Shown: positions 13,992 to 27,449, counted from the first letter of the stretch. The stretch is DNA of 64,000 bases from Eledone cirrhosa (GCA_964016885.1 OZ024740.1:131254001-131318000); one strand, 5' to 3'. The notes: a model not told the origin generated them from the letters alone. Translations and numbers: made by a program.

Positions 13992-14145
13992 CATCAGAAG
14001 ATCCCGTTAAGGGTGAAGAAGCGATTCTTTGCTTAAACTTAAATCTGTTATTTTAATAAATATATATATATATATATATATGATAAAATATTTAAAAAAT
14101 AATGAATAAAACAATGAAACAGTTCCTCATATTAAACAAAAAAAG

Positions 14146-14300
14146 TTCATTATTTAACGATCGTTTCTAGGATATATATGTGTTAGAATTGGCATGCATA
14201 TTCAACAGATCTATGTACAAAATTATACAAAATTATACAAACTATCAAAATTAAATATACATACCAAACACATATATATGCCGTCTTCAGAAATAATGAA
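14146..14300 (-). ncRNA. Hammerhead ribozyme with long stem II insertion (family D)
   Basis: Reverse complement of 15632-15786. Confidence 0.75.
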
Positions 14301-14816
14301 ATATATTTATTGATAATAACAACAATTCAAAATTTCAGGTCTGTTTGGGAACAGAATTCAAATTGACCAATGAAAATACAAAAAGTTTATACAGCTAGGT
14401 GTGTGTATATACATTTAAGTAACTTCGTTCACAGATATGCATAAAGATATATGTTCACATGCATACGCATGCCAAAAAGATGTATGTAAATACAAAAATT
14501 CAAGGCTAATGTCTCTGTAAGTTTATAATCTACAGATAAAATGCGTATACACACATAAATATAAATAAATGAATGTATATATATATATATATATATGTAT
14601 GCGTGTATGTGTGTATATATATATATAAATATATATATATATATGTGTGTATATGTGTATATGTCTATGTATTTATATGTGTATATGTATGTGCCTCTAT
14701 ATGTATGCGTGTGTGTATGTGTATGTGTATTTATATGGTATGTGTATGTATATGTAGGTGTATGTATGTGTTTGTGTATAGGTGTATGTATATGTATGTA
14801 TGTGTATGTGTGTCTA

Positions 14817-14847
<31 letters not shown>

Positions 14848-14914
14848 GTATATGTATGTATATCGATGTATATTTTATATTTTACTTGTTTATATATATA
14901 TATGTGTGTGTATG

Positions 14915-14955
<41 letters not shown>

Positions 14956-15631
14956 GTATATGTATGTATATATATATATGTATATATATGTGTGTGTGTG
15001 TGTGTGTATGTGTGTATATACATATATATATATATATATTTTCTTGATATATTTCTTTTTTCTTTTTCTTTTTATTTCTAAGTTTATAGATACATTTATA
15101 AATAGGCAGTCTGCTGACACCGTTGAATACTGACCTCTCCCCCCCCCCCACCTAATTTCTGTATATGGATCTAAATATGTGTGGCAGTGTTTATGTGCGT
15201 ACATTAATGTCCATATGCTTATGATAATAGTATATACACATATATATGTGTGTGGGGGTGTATGTGTATATGTATGTTCGTGGTTGTGTGTATGTTTATG
15301 CGTATACGCGCGTGTGTGTGTGAATGTACGAATATGTGTGAATATATGAATGTGTGTATATATTTATTTATATTTATGTGTGTATACGCATTTTATCTGT
15401 AGATTATAAACTTACAGAGACATTAGCCTTGAATTTTTGTATTTACATACATCTTTTTGGCATGCGTATGCATGTGAACATATATATTTATGCATATCTG
15501 TGAACGAAGTTACTTAAATGTATATACACACACCTAGCTGTATAAACTTTTTGTATTTTCATTGGTCAATTTGAATTCTGTTCCCAAACAGACCTGAAAT
15601 TTTGAATTGTTGTTATTATCAATAAATATAT

Positions 15632-15786
15632 TTCATTATTTCTGAAGACGGCATATATATGTGTTTGGTATGTATATTTAATTTTGATAGTTTGTATAAT
15701 TTTGTATAATTTTGTACATAGATCTGTTGAATATGCATGCCAATTCTAACACATATATATCCTAGAAACGATCGTTAAATAATGAA
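15632..15786 (+). ncRNA. Hammerhead ribozyme with long stem II insertion (family D)
   Basis: TTCATTATTT-CTGAAGA-cGGcATATATATGTGTT...AACACATATATATCCta-GAAA-CGATCG-TT-AAATAATGAA. Perfect 10-bp stem I, palindromic stem III ACGATCGT, GUU triplet. Confidence 0.8.
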
Positions 15787-16039
15787 CTTTTTTTGTTTAA
15801 TATAAGGAACTGTTTCATTGTTTTATTCATTATTTTTTTAATATTTTATCTTGACTCTGTATTCCGTTTATCTTTCACCGAAAGTGATTTTTCATTGCAT
15901 CTCTTCTTTCCATGATATCCGGATTACATTGAGTTCTTCATACGGATTGGACACTACCGTAAACTCTTGGTAGATTTATCTACATATATATATATATATG
16001 TATATGTTTGTATTCGCATGTAACTGTGTATTTCTTTTT

Positions 16040-16092
<53 letters not shown>

Positions 16093-16160
16093 ATATATAC
16101 GTGTGTGTATGTGTATATATATGTATGTATTCGCATGTATCTGTGTATTTCTTTTTATTG

Positions 16161-16222
<62 letters not shown>

Positions 16223-17401
16223 GATTTTCTATTTGCAATCATCGGTTTAATGAACTAACAACAAAGCCTAGTGTAATGTGAACGATGTTCCCCAGTCATG
16301 TCTTTCGGAAAATATTAAAGTACAAATGTGATAGAACGTATGTGATACAGGTATATAACAGGATTTCCCTTGGAAATTAGTTAGGATAATTGAATATTAT
16401 TGAAATTTACTCACTCAATTATATACATGTATATTATCAACATTTTATCAGTCAATGTTTATATATCCATTCAGAAGTAAGAATAACCTTATGTCTAAAC
16501 GTGAAGACTCTAACTAACGATCTAAAAAAGTGCAACACTAGCCATATGTTCATTTGCAATCATAAGAGGAAGAAGTTTTACGAATTTGATTAAGATATAT
16601 GTAATCATATTTCTGAGTAACATTAGCAACAACTAGTAGAATTGCTATCATAATACAAGTGACGTAACACTTGTTTATCACTATAAAGTAAACAGAAATA
16701 GTTTTGAGTGTGGATCTTTTAATAAAGCATGAAGCTTTCGACACCTTTTAGGACCACACATTTCATCCACCTACGTACACTGGTGTAAATTGCTAAATTG
16801 AGATTTTAAATAGGTGTCAAATTCTGTAAAGAAAACAAACATGATATGACTAATATCAATGGAAGTTTTACGACAGCACTATATGGTGGGGATCTTGTTG
16901 AATTATATATCCCAAATATATTAGAGATATTTTCAGTCCTATGGGTTATATCATTTGGAAAGCCTGGACGTATTAAAAAAAACTGCATTGGATGTACATT
17001 AGATATCTTTCGTAGAACATTGATGAATGAAGAGTTTCCGTTGCGGGAGATTTGGCGATTTATTCATCAAGAAGCGTGACCAACTGAACTCATTAGATCA
17101 TAACTAAAATCATTAAATACCCCACATTCAATAATCAAGAAATGCAAATATCAATTAATTTATTGCTGATAGTAGCATAATTTAGCTGGTACATATTTCC
17201 CAGGTTACCATATTTGAATAAGGACTTAGTTAAATATTATATATATTACAATTACATTCTTGTACGTGTATAGTTAATAGACGGTCTAGAGAAATTAAAT
17301 GAAAGTCTATTACTTAAGTGTCTAATTCAGAACCTAATCTAATATTTTATTTCAACACACACTCACACGGATACACACACTCACATACACCCCCCACACA
17401 C

Positions 17402-17440
<39 letters not shown>

Positions 17441-19107
17441 AACGAGTAGGACCCCAACGGCTGAGCTCAAGCCGTTCCGACGTATTGAGTACTTAGGTGC
17501 GTTATGGTCCACCTGGTTCCTTACCACATTTCCTTCGTTATATATATATTTATATATATATATATATATATACTGAATTAGTTGCTCAACTGTATAGGAG
17601 ATTATTAAAATTTCAAGTTATCAATAATGTACTGATAATATATCGTCACGTTAGAGATGAACAGCCTACGTGTAGGTTTGCTCAACGAGTATAAATTATA
17701 TTCCGGCGAAAATGTAGAAAAGATGAATATAAAATGAAAGTACTTTTATAGGAAATATATAAATATATATACTTATATATATATGTATATATATATATAA
17801 ATATATATATAAGTATATATATATATGAATATATATACTTATATATATATGTATATATATATATTTTTATATGTAATTCCTCCTCTTATTTCTGTTAACT
17901 AAACACATTTCCGTGTTTGTTTAGTTTACTTTCCCTTTAGCTGCAGTGAAATACATTCTTAATATCATAATACTAAGCATCCCTTTCATTAATAACATTA
18001 CCAGCAACATTTAATTCAAGATCATTGTTTGTTAATGTTATATATTTATATTTAATTATACAAGTTCGTTCAACTATTGTTTGATAGTTTTATTCTTTGT
18101 TGCAAATCTCCTATGAATCTCCTATGAATGTACGCATTAGCATTAATTGCTTTTTAATTGGAAACCAATTTCTATATAGTCACATCAAATGGATGTTTTG
18201 TTTTTTCTAATAGAGTCAGCATCTTTACTGAATATTTTATCAGACAAATATATGATGGACCGTAATTAACGCATCTGTATGCATTTGGGTGTGTTTGTAA
18301 AGTTTGTAACCTCCTGGAGGGAGGGGGAGTCCACGTAGCTATTGCTACACATGAAGGAGGAACGAGGATTTCAATTTATGTTTTATTCATGGTTATATTT
18401 TATGAGGTTACAATTCAACTTTGCGTGAATTGCGTATATTATTTTTATCCAATGTTGTTCTTTGACAAGTAATATTATTTTTTCAGTCTTCGTTTTTAAA
18501 CAGATATTTGACGAGGTCAGAATTGATATTTAGACCAGAATAAATTAATCTATATAGAGAAGTTCTCTAGCGAAAATTATTTTACAAATATACTAGAAAA
18601 TAAATGAATGCATGTCTGTTTGCGGATATTGTGTGCAAATACTTCTATATTTGACATCTTGACTGTATTCTCGTGACAATATTTTTAATATTTCATAAAT
18701 TGTGCAGAAAACATGATGATAGTTTAAATTCCATTGGAGATTGATTTCATTAAGCAGAGAAACATATATTTAATTCTCTTGGGAAATACCGAAAGCTATG
18801 TTATGGCTTAGCAAATATAAAAACTAAATAATGATTTTGGTTAAATATGTTAATACTAATCAGATACACCAAAATCGTAAATAATTAATACTTTAAAACC
18901 AGTATATAAATGATTTTACATAATGGCTTTCGTATAGTTATCAAAGAAAATTAATTTTCAAAATATTGTAGTTATGCAACCCATACAGTTCATATATAGG
19001 GCATAATGTATGTCAGGTTAGAGGAAATGTATTTTATGTATAAACATTAAAATTGCATTTTAGAGAATAAGTAGAAGTTGTGAAGACAACATTGGGAAAA
19101 CGAATAA

Positions 19108-19132
19108 TTGTTGTTGCTGTTGTTGCTGTTTT

Positions 19133-19164
<32 letters not shown>

Positions 19165-19385
19165 GTGTTGATTTTCTTCTTCTTCTTCTTCTTCTTCTTC
19201 TTCTTCTTCTTCTTCTTCTTCTTCTTCTTCTTCTTCTTCTTCTTCTTCTCCTCCTTCCTCTTCTCCGATTTATTTATCTGTGGGTCAGGGGAGTAGAGGC
19301 CTCAAGGACGCCGTCCAACCGGTCCAATCATGAGAAACCGCCGATTTCGCTAAGTAGTCGATATTTGCTTAACGACTACATGTAG
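19108..19385 (-). repeat. (GTT)n/(CTT)n tract with a probable LINE 3' end attached
   Basis: Trinucleotide tract at 19108-19250. The adjoining GC-richer 130 bp ends on the minus strand in AATAAA followed by (AAG)n. Confidence 0.5.
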
Positions 19386-19413
19386 AAGATAATGTGTTTC
19401 TCAAACGATATAT

Positions 19414-19507
<94 letters not shown>

Positions 19508-19537
19508 CTCTCTTCTCTCTCTCTCTGTATATATATA

Positions 19538-19913
19538 TATAGAATTCACAGGAATCAATGTTATGTTCAAACCATTTATTAGCTTACAATTGTTTCATCC
19601 AAACCGAGGCTTGGTATCTTTCGGAGCATTTTTCAATGTTTGTATACATACATGACCTCATTTCCAACGCAAGACACATACAGATACATATGTATATATA
19701 ATTTAAATTGCCATTCAGAAATAATATAATATATGCCACCCCACTGTGCATCAATATATACATATGTATCTGTATGTGTCTTGCGTTAGAAAAGAGGTCA
19801 TGTATGTATATAAACATTAAAAATCGTCCGAAGACACCAAGCCTCGGTTTGGATGAAACAATTGTTAGCTAATAAATGGTTTGAACATAACTTTGATTCC
19901 TGTGAATTCTATA
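19538..19913. repeat. Fold-back palindrome of family E with HHR-like motifs (19582-19627 -, 19825-19869 +)
   Basis: Inverted arms of ~160 bp. Right arm: CCGAAGA-ca CCAAGCC tc GGTTTGG at-GAAA-CAATTG-TT-AGC (U4C core variant, palindromic ACAATTGT). A related degenerate copy is at 20937-20984 (-). Confidence 0.75.
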
Positions 19914-20086
19914 TAACTGCTCTGTAGAACAACTGATGTTATTACATTGAGCTATTTATCATACTGGTAATAAGGTAGTAATAAATTACTGTCTTTCACG
20001 GTTTAAAATATATATAACTATAACAAGTGTTAGTATATACATAACCATAAATAGTATCATTAATACTATATATATATATATATATA

Positions 20087-20809
20087 TGAGAGACGTAAAA
20101 TAAGAAAATTATAAAATTAACTTACTTACTAAAATATCACTTCCAACTAATTAGTTTCTGAAATGGAATAAATATATTTTCCGAAGAAAACATAGAGAAT
20201 CATTTCGTCGTCAGGGAAGACTAATCTCATCTAAGTATCCAGGCAAAGCGGGGCCTCTGGAAACTTATTCAAAAATAATTCAGTGGATAAAAAATAGCAA
20301 AGCGTGGACTGAATTCCTAGCCATTGAGAAAATCACTGCCTCTGCGTCGGTGGCAAATGCCAAAAGAATCAATCACGTGACATCGAGGTCAATCAGTGGA
20401 AAGTGGTTTGCTAATAAGACAGCGGCCTGCCTGCTACCGTAGCAGCAGTCGTGGCCAATATTGCTCGACAAATAATTTGGAGATAATTATAAAGAATTAA
20501 TATCTAGTAACATATATATACATACAGATGCATATCAATGCTAGCAAATATATAGGTTTTGTCTTAGTAACTTTGTGGTTCAATGCATGGGGTTGCAGAA
20601 CAATAATATGAGAGACGTAAAATAAGAAAATAATAAAATTAACTTACTTACTAGAATATCACTTCCAACTAATTAGTTTCTGAAATGGAATTTATATATT
20701 TTCCGAAGAAAACAGAGAATCATTTCGTCGTCAGGGAAGACTATTCTCATCTAAGTATCCAGGCAAAGCGGGGACTATGGAAACTTATTCAAAAATAATT
20801 CAGTGGATA

Positions 20810-20810
<1 letters not shown>
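20087..20810 (-). mobile_element. Partial tandem repeat (522-bp unit x1.4), family F, HHRs at 20140-20219 and 20662-20739
   Basis: TGAGAGACGTAAAATAAG occurs at 20087 and 20609. Minus strand: CTTCC-CTGACGA-cGAAATG...CATTTCa-GAAA-CTAATTAG-TT-GGAAG. Flanked by (TA)n on both sides. Confidence 0.85.
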
Positions 20811-20896
<86 letters not shown>

Positions 20897-21899
20897 AAGT
20901 GTTAAAACGATCACATTTTAGTTTAGAACATGCATTTGCTGACAATTGTTTCATCCAGAGGTTAGTATGGATTTCATCGTAGCATAGGGAATGTCGAAAC
21001 ATGTAACTAAAATCCTAGTCATTTAGAACATTTAAGGTAAATAATTGTTTTTAGTGTGAAAGGCACCATGTGTAGTATCAGGAGTTAAAAATAGGTTCTG
21101 CTTGAAAGAACACAATTACAGGCAGCACTGGTTGAAAGTGTAAGATATATAAGCGAAAAGCACAAGTAAAAAAATACACGCAAAAACGTTACAAGCGAGG
21201 AAAATTGGTGTACAATGCAGAAGTCAATACAGTCAATAAGGCATGTATGAGGAAAGAGTTATGATGCATTTGAAATAAACGTGTTTTTTGTGCGGTGTTA
21301 AAGCATGTTATAATTGTTATACATGTTTAAGATAGTGTACCATTTGTAAGTGATGTGGTGATAATGCAGGTATTTGTTCTGTAAAGTGTAATACAAAACA
21401 CGTGCTAGAGTTGGATATGTGATTTTCATACAAGTGTTTTTGTGCTGTAGTTCGTATGCATGTGTATATGTTGTTTGTAACTCACAGCTATTAACCATGG
21501 GATTATTTTGAGTCGTTTATAGTCAATAGGTGTTTGTTTCTTAAATGTAAATTCCACCGAATTACTAGCCATGTTGTTATTGTAGGTATATCATCTTATG
21601 CATTTCTTATCTACAAATTATCTTCTCTAGGGTTTGTATTAACCGTTATAAAGTTTTAGGTAAACCGTTAGGTTGCTAAATTTTATGAGTTTACACAGGA
21701 ACTTTAAAGAGGGTTAATAACAAAGGGAGTTAATTAAGGTTGTTGATAAATTAAGGGTTGTTTTAATATTGTAGTAGTGTTATAAATTAATCTTTATAGA
21801 GTATATAAAATATTATTGGTTATATAATTGTTATATTTAAACTTGTGTGGAGGGAGTTAGAAACATTGTTTTAATTATTTTATTATTTTATTATAACTA

Positions 21900-22707
21900 G
21901 ATAGTTTTTAAATAGTTACTATATACATATACCTAAAGCTTTCTTCATACTCGAGAAAAAAACTTCCCAACTTAACATAAATACCACAACCTATTTAACA
22001 ACCACAATTGAAATCCCCTAGTCCAGCACATCTAACATAGCAAACCATATAGCCAGCACCCACAGGAGAAAGATTAAAAAGTACTTCAAATTACACCAAG
22101 TAATATTGTCCAGCATAGAAATAGCCTGATCAAAAACACAATAGAAGAAAGTATAGCAAGTCCTACTAATAATACCAATAATAATAATACTTACCATAAT
22201 CATAATACTGGAAGTAGAAACAGAAACAACCACTCAAATGCATACCCCCTTAACCAGTATATTAGTTAAGAAAACAATTGTAATTGTAGGCCTAACAAGA
22301 CATGCCCATTAAATAAGAATTGCCTTATTAAGGACAATATCTACTCCGGTACTGTATCCACAAATAACATCTAGATAGTATATATAGGCTCAACATCGAA
22401 TAGCTTTAAGACCAGAGATAATTCACACCTTCATTTGTTCAGGAATCCTAGACTTAGCAACGTAACATCACTATCCACATACATACACTCATTAAAATCA
22501 AGCAATATACCATGCACCTCAAAATTGGAAATGATAGCTAAGGCCCCTTCATATAGACCACCTAACAAATTTTGTAACCTTTGCATCCTCGAATCTAGAA
22601 AAATCATTTACTCTAATCTTAACCTGCTAACTAGGAAATCAGAGATCTACACCACGTGTCCATATTACCATAGATTCTGGTTTCACTATTTCAAACCTAG
22701 TAACTAA
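21900..22707 (+). mobile_element. Penelope-like (Naiad-type) GIY-YIG endonuclease fragment
   Basis: From 22270 it reads ENNCNCRPNKTCPLNKNCLIKDNIYSGTV...*IVYIGSTSNSFKTR..SH..LFRN...TSLSTYI...APSYRP..FCNLCILE...KSEIYTTC. This includes the CxCx5Cx5C linker, IY..YIG and the catalytic R and E. In-frame stops are present. Confidence 0.85.
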
Positions 22708-23040
22708 TATTAATAATATTAAAAATAAAAATAAAGACCAATGTCGGAGATAACAATAGACCACCAACTTTTAATTTATCCAATTAGACCTTCATGAATA
22801 TAGAACTACACCCTAATTAAAAGACCACACTAACCTACATACAGTCAATAAACCCCTTGATTGATCTATTACCTTATACAATTAAAATATTTAAATAATA
22901 TAGACACTCTGATATAATCTCAATACACACACCAACTAGTTAGCATACAACTGTGTATATAACACCAATTACTCCAGTATATGCTATGCAACTCACTATC
23001 CTGTCATAAAAAAAAACTTCAAATCTCTCTACACCATCTG

Positions 23041-23078
<38 letters not shown>

Positions 23079-23228
23079 AATATACATAGATATAGAGAGG
23101 AATAATAATAAATTTGAAGACTAAAATCCAAAGAGGGCTCGATAAGTATACATATATATCGGATATATAAGAACGGTGCAGCAAATATTTATTAAAATAA
23201 TAAAATAACAGACTATCTGTTATACATA

Positions 23229-23273
<45 letters not shown>

Positions 23274-23320
23274 AATTAATAATAACAGGTAGACATCATA
23301 AAAAGGTAATTTATTCCGTG

Positions 23321-23432
23321 TGCTTACAAGTGTTTCCACGGTGGTACTGCAGCCTAGTTATGCTACGTGCAAATTCACAAGTACTTGCAGAACTCGAATA
23401 TCCAATGCTGTGACCACTGTTTCCTCAGAGCA
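23321..23432 (-). ncRNA. Hammerhead ribozyme (family G)
   Basis: Minus strand: TGCT-CTGAGGA-aACAGTGGT...ACCACCGTg-GAAA-CACTTG-TA-AGCA. Canonical core, extended stem II, GUA triplet. Confidence 0.75.
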
Positions 23433-23439
23433 GAATCAT

Positions 23440-26295
23440 TTATTATGAGTTGGGACATCTGTTCGAGGAGAGTGGTATACAGATACTTGCGATCCAAGAA
23501 CACAGGATTCTACACGATGAGCCCGTGAGGAGTGTGATGATCGGGAGGAAGAGCCAACTCATCACTACATCGGCAGTGAAGAACACAACAAATGCTGCAG
23601 TGGGAGGAGTGGGTTTTGTATTCAGTGCAAAAACCGATCGTTGAGGGTGACCTTCAATGGAAACCCAAGACTGCCAGTCATCTCAGCCTATAGTCCAATC
23701 GAGGGGGACAGTGATGTGAATGCGGAGAAGTTCCACGAAGAGGTGTGTATAGCTGTCAACACCACTCAGGCACACAATATCCTGCTTGTTTTGGGGGACT
23801 TCAATGCACATCTGAGTAAGGAGGGCAGTGAAGATCCTTGCTGGTACTTCCATAACAACACCAACCGAAATGGAAAACTACTGAGAGACACCCTGCTGGA
23901 GGCGAACTTGATGGCGACCAACCTAAGGTTTAGGAAGAATCTGGGGAAGATGTGGACCTACATCTCAGATATGTACCTGTCCAAGTCCCAGATTGATTTC
24001 ATTCTGGTGAGGAAAAAGTGGCGGAATAGTGTTCTGAACACGGAACCATACAGCTATTTCAGTACACTGGGTAGTGACCACCGGCTTGTTATGAGTGAGG
24101 TCCGCGTGAGATAAAGAAAGAGCAAGGCTCAGCCCCGGAGAACAATCTATGACTGGGGAGATTTCAAGGAAGATGATAAGCTACAGGAGAGGTTCACAGT
24201 GGAAGTGAGAAACAGGTTTAGTGCTCTGTGTGGAGAGTCAGAGGAGAGAGAGATTGGATGGACTGAAGAGAGTGTGACGAGGAGGTACGGGCACTTCACC
24301 AATGCAGTGGCGAAAGCAAGTGAAACCCTGGTGCCGAGGAAAAAGAACAAAGGGAAGCACGTCAGCTCTGCACCCCCAAAAGTGTGTGCAGCCAGAGAAC
24401 ACCTGAAAGCTGCTAGGGACCAATTCTATGCTGATCCTACGGAGGAGAGGATGGAGACTGTGGAGGTGATGAGGGAAGAGCTCTGTACCGCTTACACTGA
24501 GGTCAGAGCGGAGGCACTGATAGAGAAGATCAGAAGTGTGGATAGAGCGGTTGACAGATCTGGATGTAAGGAGAGCTGGATGATCATCAACGAGATCACA
24601 GGGAGGAAGAAAAGGTGTTCGAGTCAGATCCAGGGAACGGAGCCCGAGGATAGGAAGAGGAAATGGCTAGACCATTTTAGGACCCTACTAGGAGAGCCAC
24701 CCTACACAGCCCAGAGCACTGGGGAGATCAGGCGATTGTTTGAGGAACTGGATGTTGAGACAGAGCCCTTCACCAGAGAGGAGCTTCAGAGAGCCAAGAA
24801 GAAGATCAAGGAGGGCAAGGCTCATGGAGAAGATGGAGTGGCATCAGAGGTGATGAAGAGGTGTGATTTTGATGATATCATCCTGGGGTTCTGTAGCGGG
24901 GCACTGGAGAAAGGAGTTGCCCCGAATCAGTGGAGGATCAGTAACATCGTCCCAGTGCCAAAGAAGGGAGATCTCTCTAACACCAACAACTACCGGGGGA
25001 TCTCACTGACGTCACTTGTGGCAAAGACCCTCAACAGGATGATTCTTAACAGGATCCAGCCTGAGATGGAGAAGAAGCTCAGGGACAACCAGAACGGCTT
25101 CAGAGAGGGTAGATCAACCACCAGTCACATCCTGATGCTGAGGAGGATATTAGAGGGAGCTAGAGCAAAGTGCCTTTCTGCGGTCATGGCTTTCATTGAC
25201 TTTAGGAAGGCCTTTGATTCTGTGGACCGTTACTGCCTGATGAAGATCTTACAGGCTTATGGAATCCCCAAGAGGATAGTGGACCTTATATCACTGCTCT
25301 ACACCAACACCAAAGCACAAGTCATTACACATGATGGGATGACAGTGTTCTTTGAGATACTGGCTGGAGTGCTCCAGGGAGATACATTGGCTCCCTACCT
25401 TTTTATCATCGTAGTGGACTATTGTATGCGCCTTTCACTGGAGAAACACCAGGACTCTGGCTTAACTGTAGCACCGGCTCAGAGCAGGAGAGTTGGGGCG
25501 AAAAAGGTATCTGATGCTGAATTTGCCGACGACATAGTTTTGGTGATAAATACAGTGAAGGAGGCAGAGGATTTGGTGCGGGAGGTTGAGACTGTGTCGA
25601 TGAGTGTGGGGCTGAGAATGAATGAGACTAAAACAAAATATCTGGTAGAGAATGTTGAGAAGCCAGAGGGGATCACTAATGTAGGCGGGAAGCCGCTGGA
25701 ATTGGTTGAGGACTTCCTGTATTTGGGAGCAAAGATTGGGAATACGGAAGATGATGTGGTTGAGAGGAAGAGCAAGGCCTGGGCGGCGTGCCACAGATTG
25801 AGATTGGTGTGGAAGTCGGACCTTCGTAGAGACCTGAAAATCCGCCTCTTCATTGCTGTAGTGGAGTCTGTGCTGCTGTATGGGTCTGAGACTTGGACAC
25901 TGACCAAGAAACTCACTCAGATGGTGGATGGGTGCTACACGAGAATGCTGATGATGGCTCTGAACATTAATCAGTATACACTGAGGATGAAAAACTCAGA
26001 GCTGTATGGGAGCATCCCAAAAGTCAGCTCAAAAGTGACACAGAGGAGACTGAGGTTGGCTGGACATGCTCACCGACATCCAGAGTTGACATTGCACTCA
26101 GTGCTCCTTTAGGAGCCCCTACATGGACATACTAGAAGAGGAAGACCAAGGTTAACATATGTTGATGCCCTAAGGACAGACACTGGTCTGTTGGAGATGC
26201 AGGATATGGCAGCGATAATGAGGGACAGAGACCGCTGGAGAGAACTCGTCCATGGATCTCGGGAATTTTACCCGCCTTAGATAAATAGATAGATA
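23440..26295 (+). mobile_element. RTE-clade LINE, slightly 5'-truncated, disrupted ORF (APE endonuclease + reverse transcriptase)
   Basis: APE motifs LAIQE, AYSP, GDFNA, IDFIL and SDH at 23450-24114. RT motifs NYRGISL, QNGFR, FIDFRKAFDSV, GVLQGD.LAP and FADD at 24199-26112. RTE-type C-terminus (RRGRPRLTYVD). Tail TAGATAAATAGATAGA. Stops at 24114 and 26112. Confidence 0.92.
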
Positions 26296-26304
26296 TATAT
26301 ATAT

Positions 26305-26505
26305 AGTTATGTAATAAACAACATAAGATAATTATTTCATTTATCAGTGTTTTCTTGAAAGCAAACATATCTGCTTTCAGTCATTAGAATGAAAAAATCC
26401 TGGTGTTTTGATTGAATGTGGATGTTGAAAACAAAAATATAAGGAATATGAAAGAGAGGCTGAGAGAAGAAGAGAAAAAGATAAAAAATATATAAGTATA
26501 TAAAC
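26305..26505 (-). mobile_element. Family A copy with degenerate HHR (26335-26394)
   Basis: Homologous to 9417-9600. The core reads CTAATGA (G5A) and stem III is disrupted. Confidence 0.7.
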
Positions 26506-26892
26506 ACACACACACACACGCGCGCGCGCACACACATATACATATATGTTTATTTGTGTATATACACATAAATATAGATACACATAAATACACAAATACA
26601 CACATATATATATACATACATATATATACATATATATATATATGTGTATATATATATATATAAAATTATATAAATAAATATATAAACATAAATAAACGAC
26701 CATGTGCAGTCACATCACCATACAAAAACTAAATACATATACAAGAAATCAATAAATGAAAGTCATTTAAAAAAAACAGATGAAGAAATAAAAATAAAAA
26801 AATAAAAAATAGCAAATGACAGCGATACGAAAAAACCACAAATAAAAATAAATTAACAAACACACCTGGTAAGCTAAAGAACAAAATAAATA

Positions 26893-26962
<70 letters not shown>

Positions 26963-27219
26963 TATATGTAATAGTTATATTTAAATTGTTGGGATACAAC
27001 ATGCAAATATCTTTTGAACTGATATAAAGCACTCAACAAATATTTGGAGTAAAAATACGATATTAATAAATGGAAACTATATTTATAAAACCCTATTTAT
27101 TTCATTATACATATCTCAAGGACACCAAGTTAAATTATGGTGTTCTTTCATCAGATAAAAAATAATATAGATCAGTTTTATAAATAAATATTGACATACC
27201 CTTAAAGAATGCAACCATT

Positions 27220-27449
27220 ACTGTTGAAACTCCCGGATATCTATCCGGGAGCTTCCAACAGTTGAAAATTGCAAACTCGACTGTCACCACATATTATAAC
27301 CCTGAAGATTGCGAAAGCATGAAAGTTCTTGTTCAATTAACACTTAGAATTAAATATTCTATCATACTATTTCATTATAATGCCATTATATATTATAAAG
27401 TATTTTAAATAAAACGAGTAAATCAGACAAAGTTGGAATTCCTCTTATT

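Larger units (their letters stand above)
14082..15850. repeat. Long near-perfect inverted repeat (arms ~14082-14570 and ~15362-15850), family D, with an HHR in each arm
   Basis: The ~490-bp arms are almost exact reverse complements. The spacer is mostly (TA/TG)n. Confidence 0.9.
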
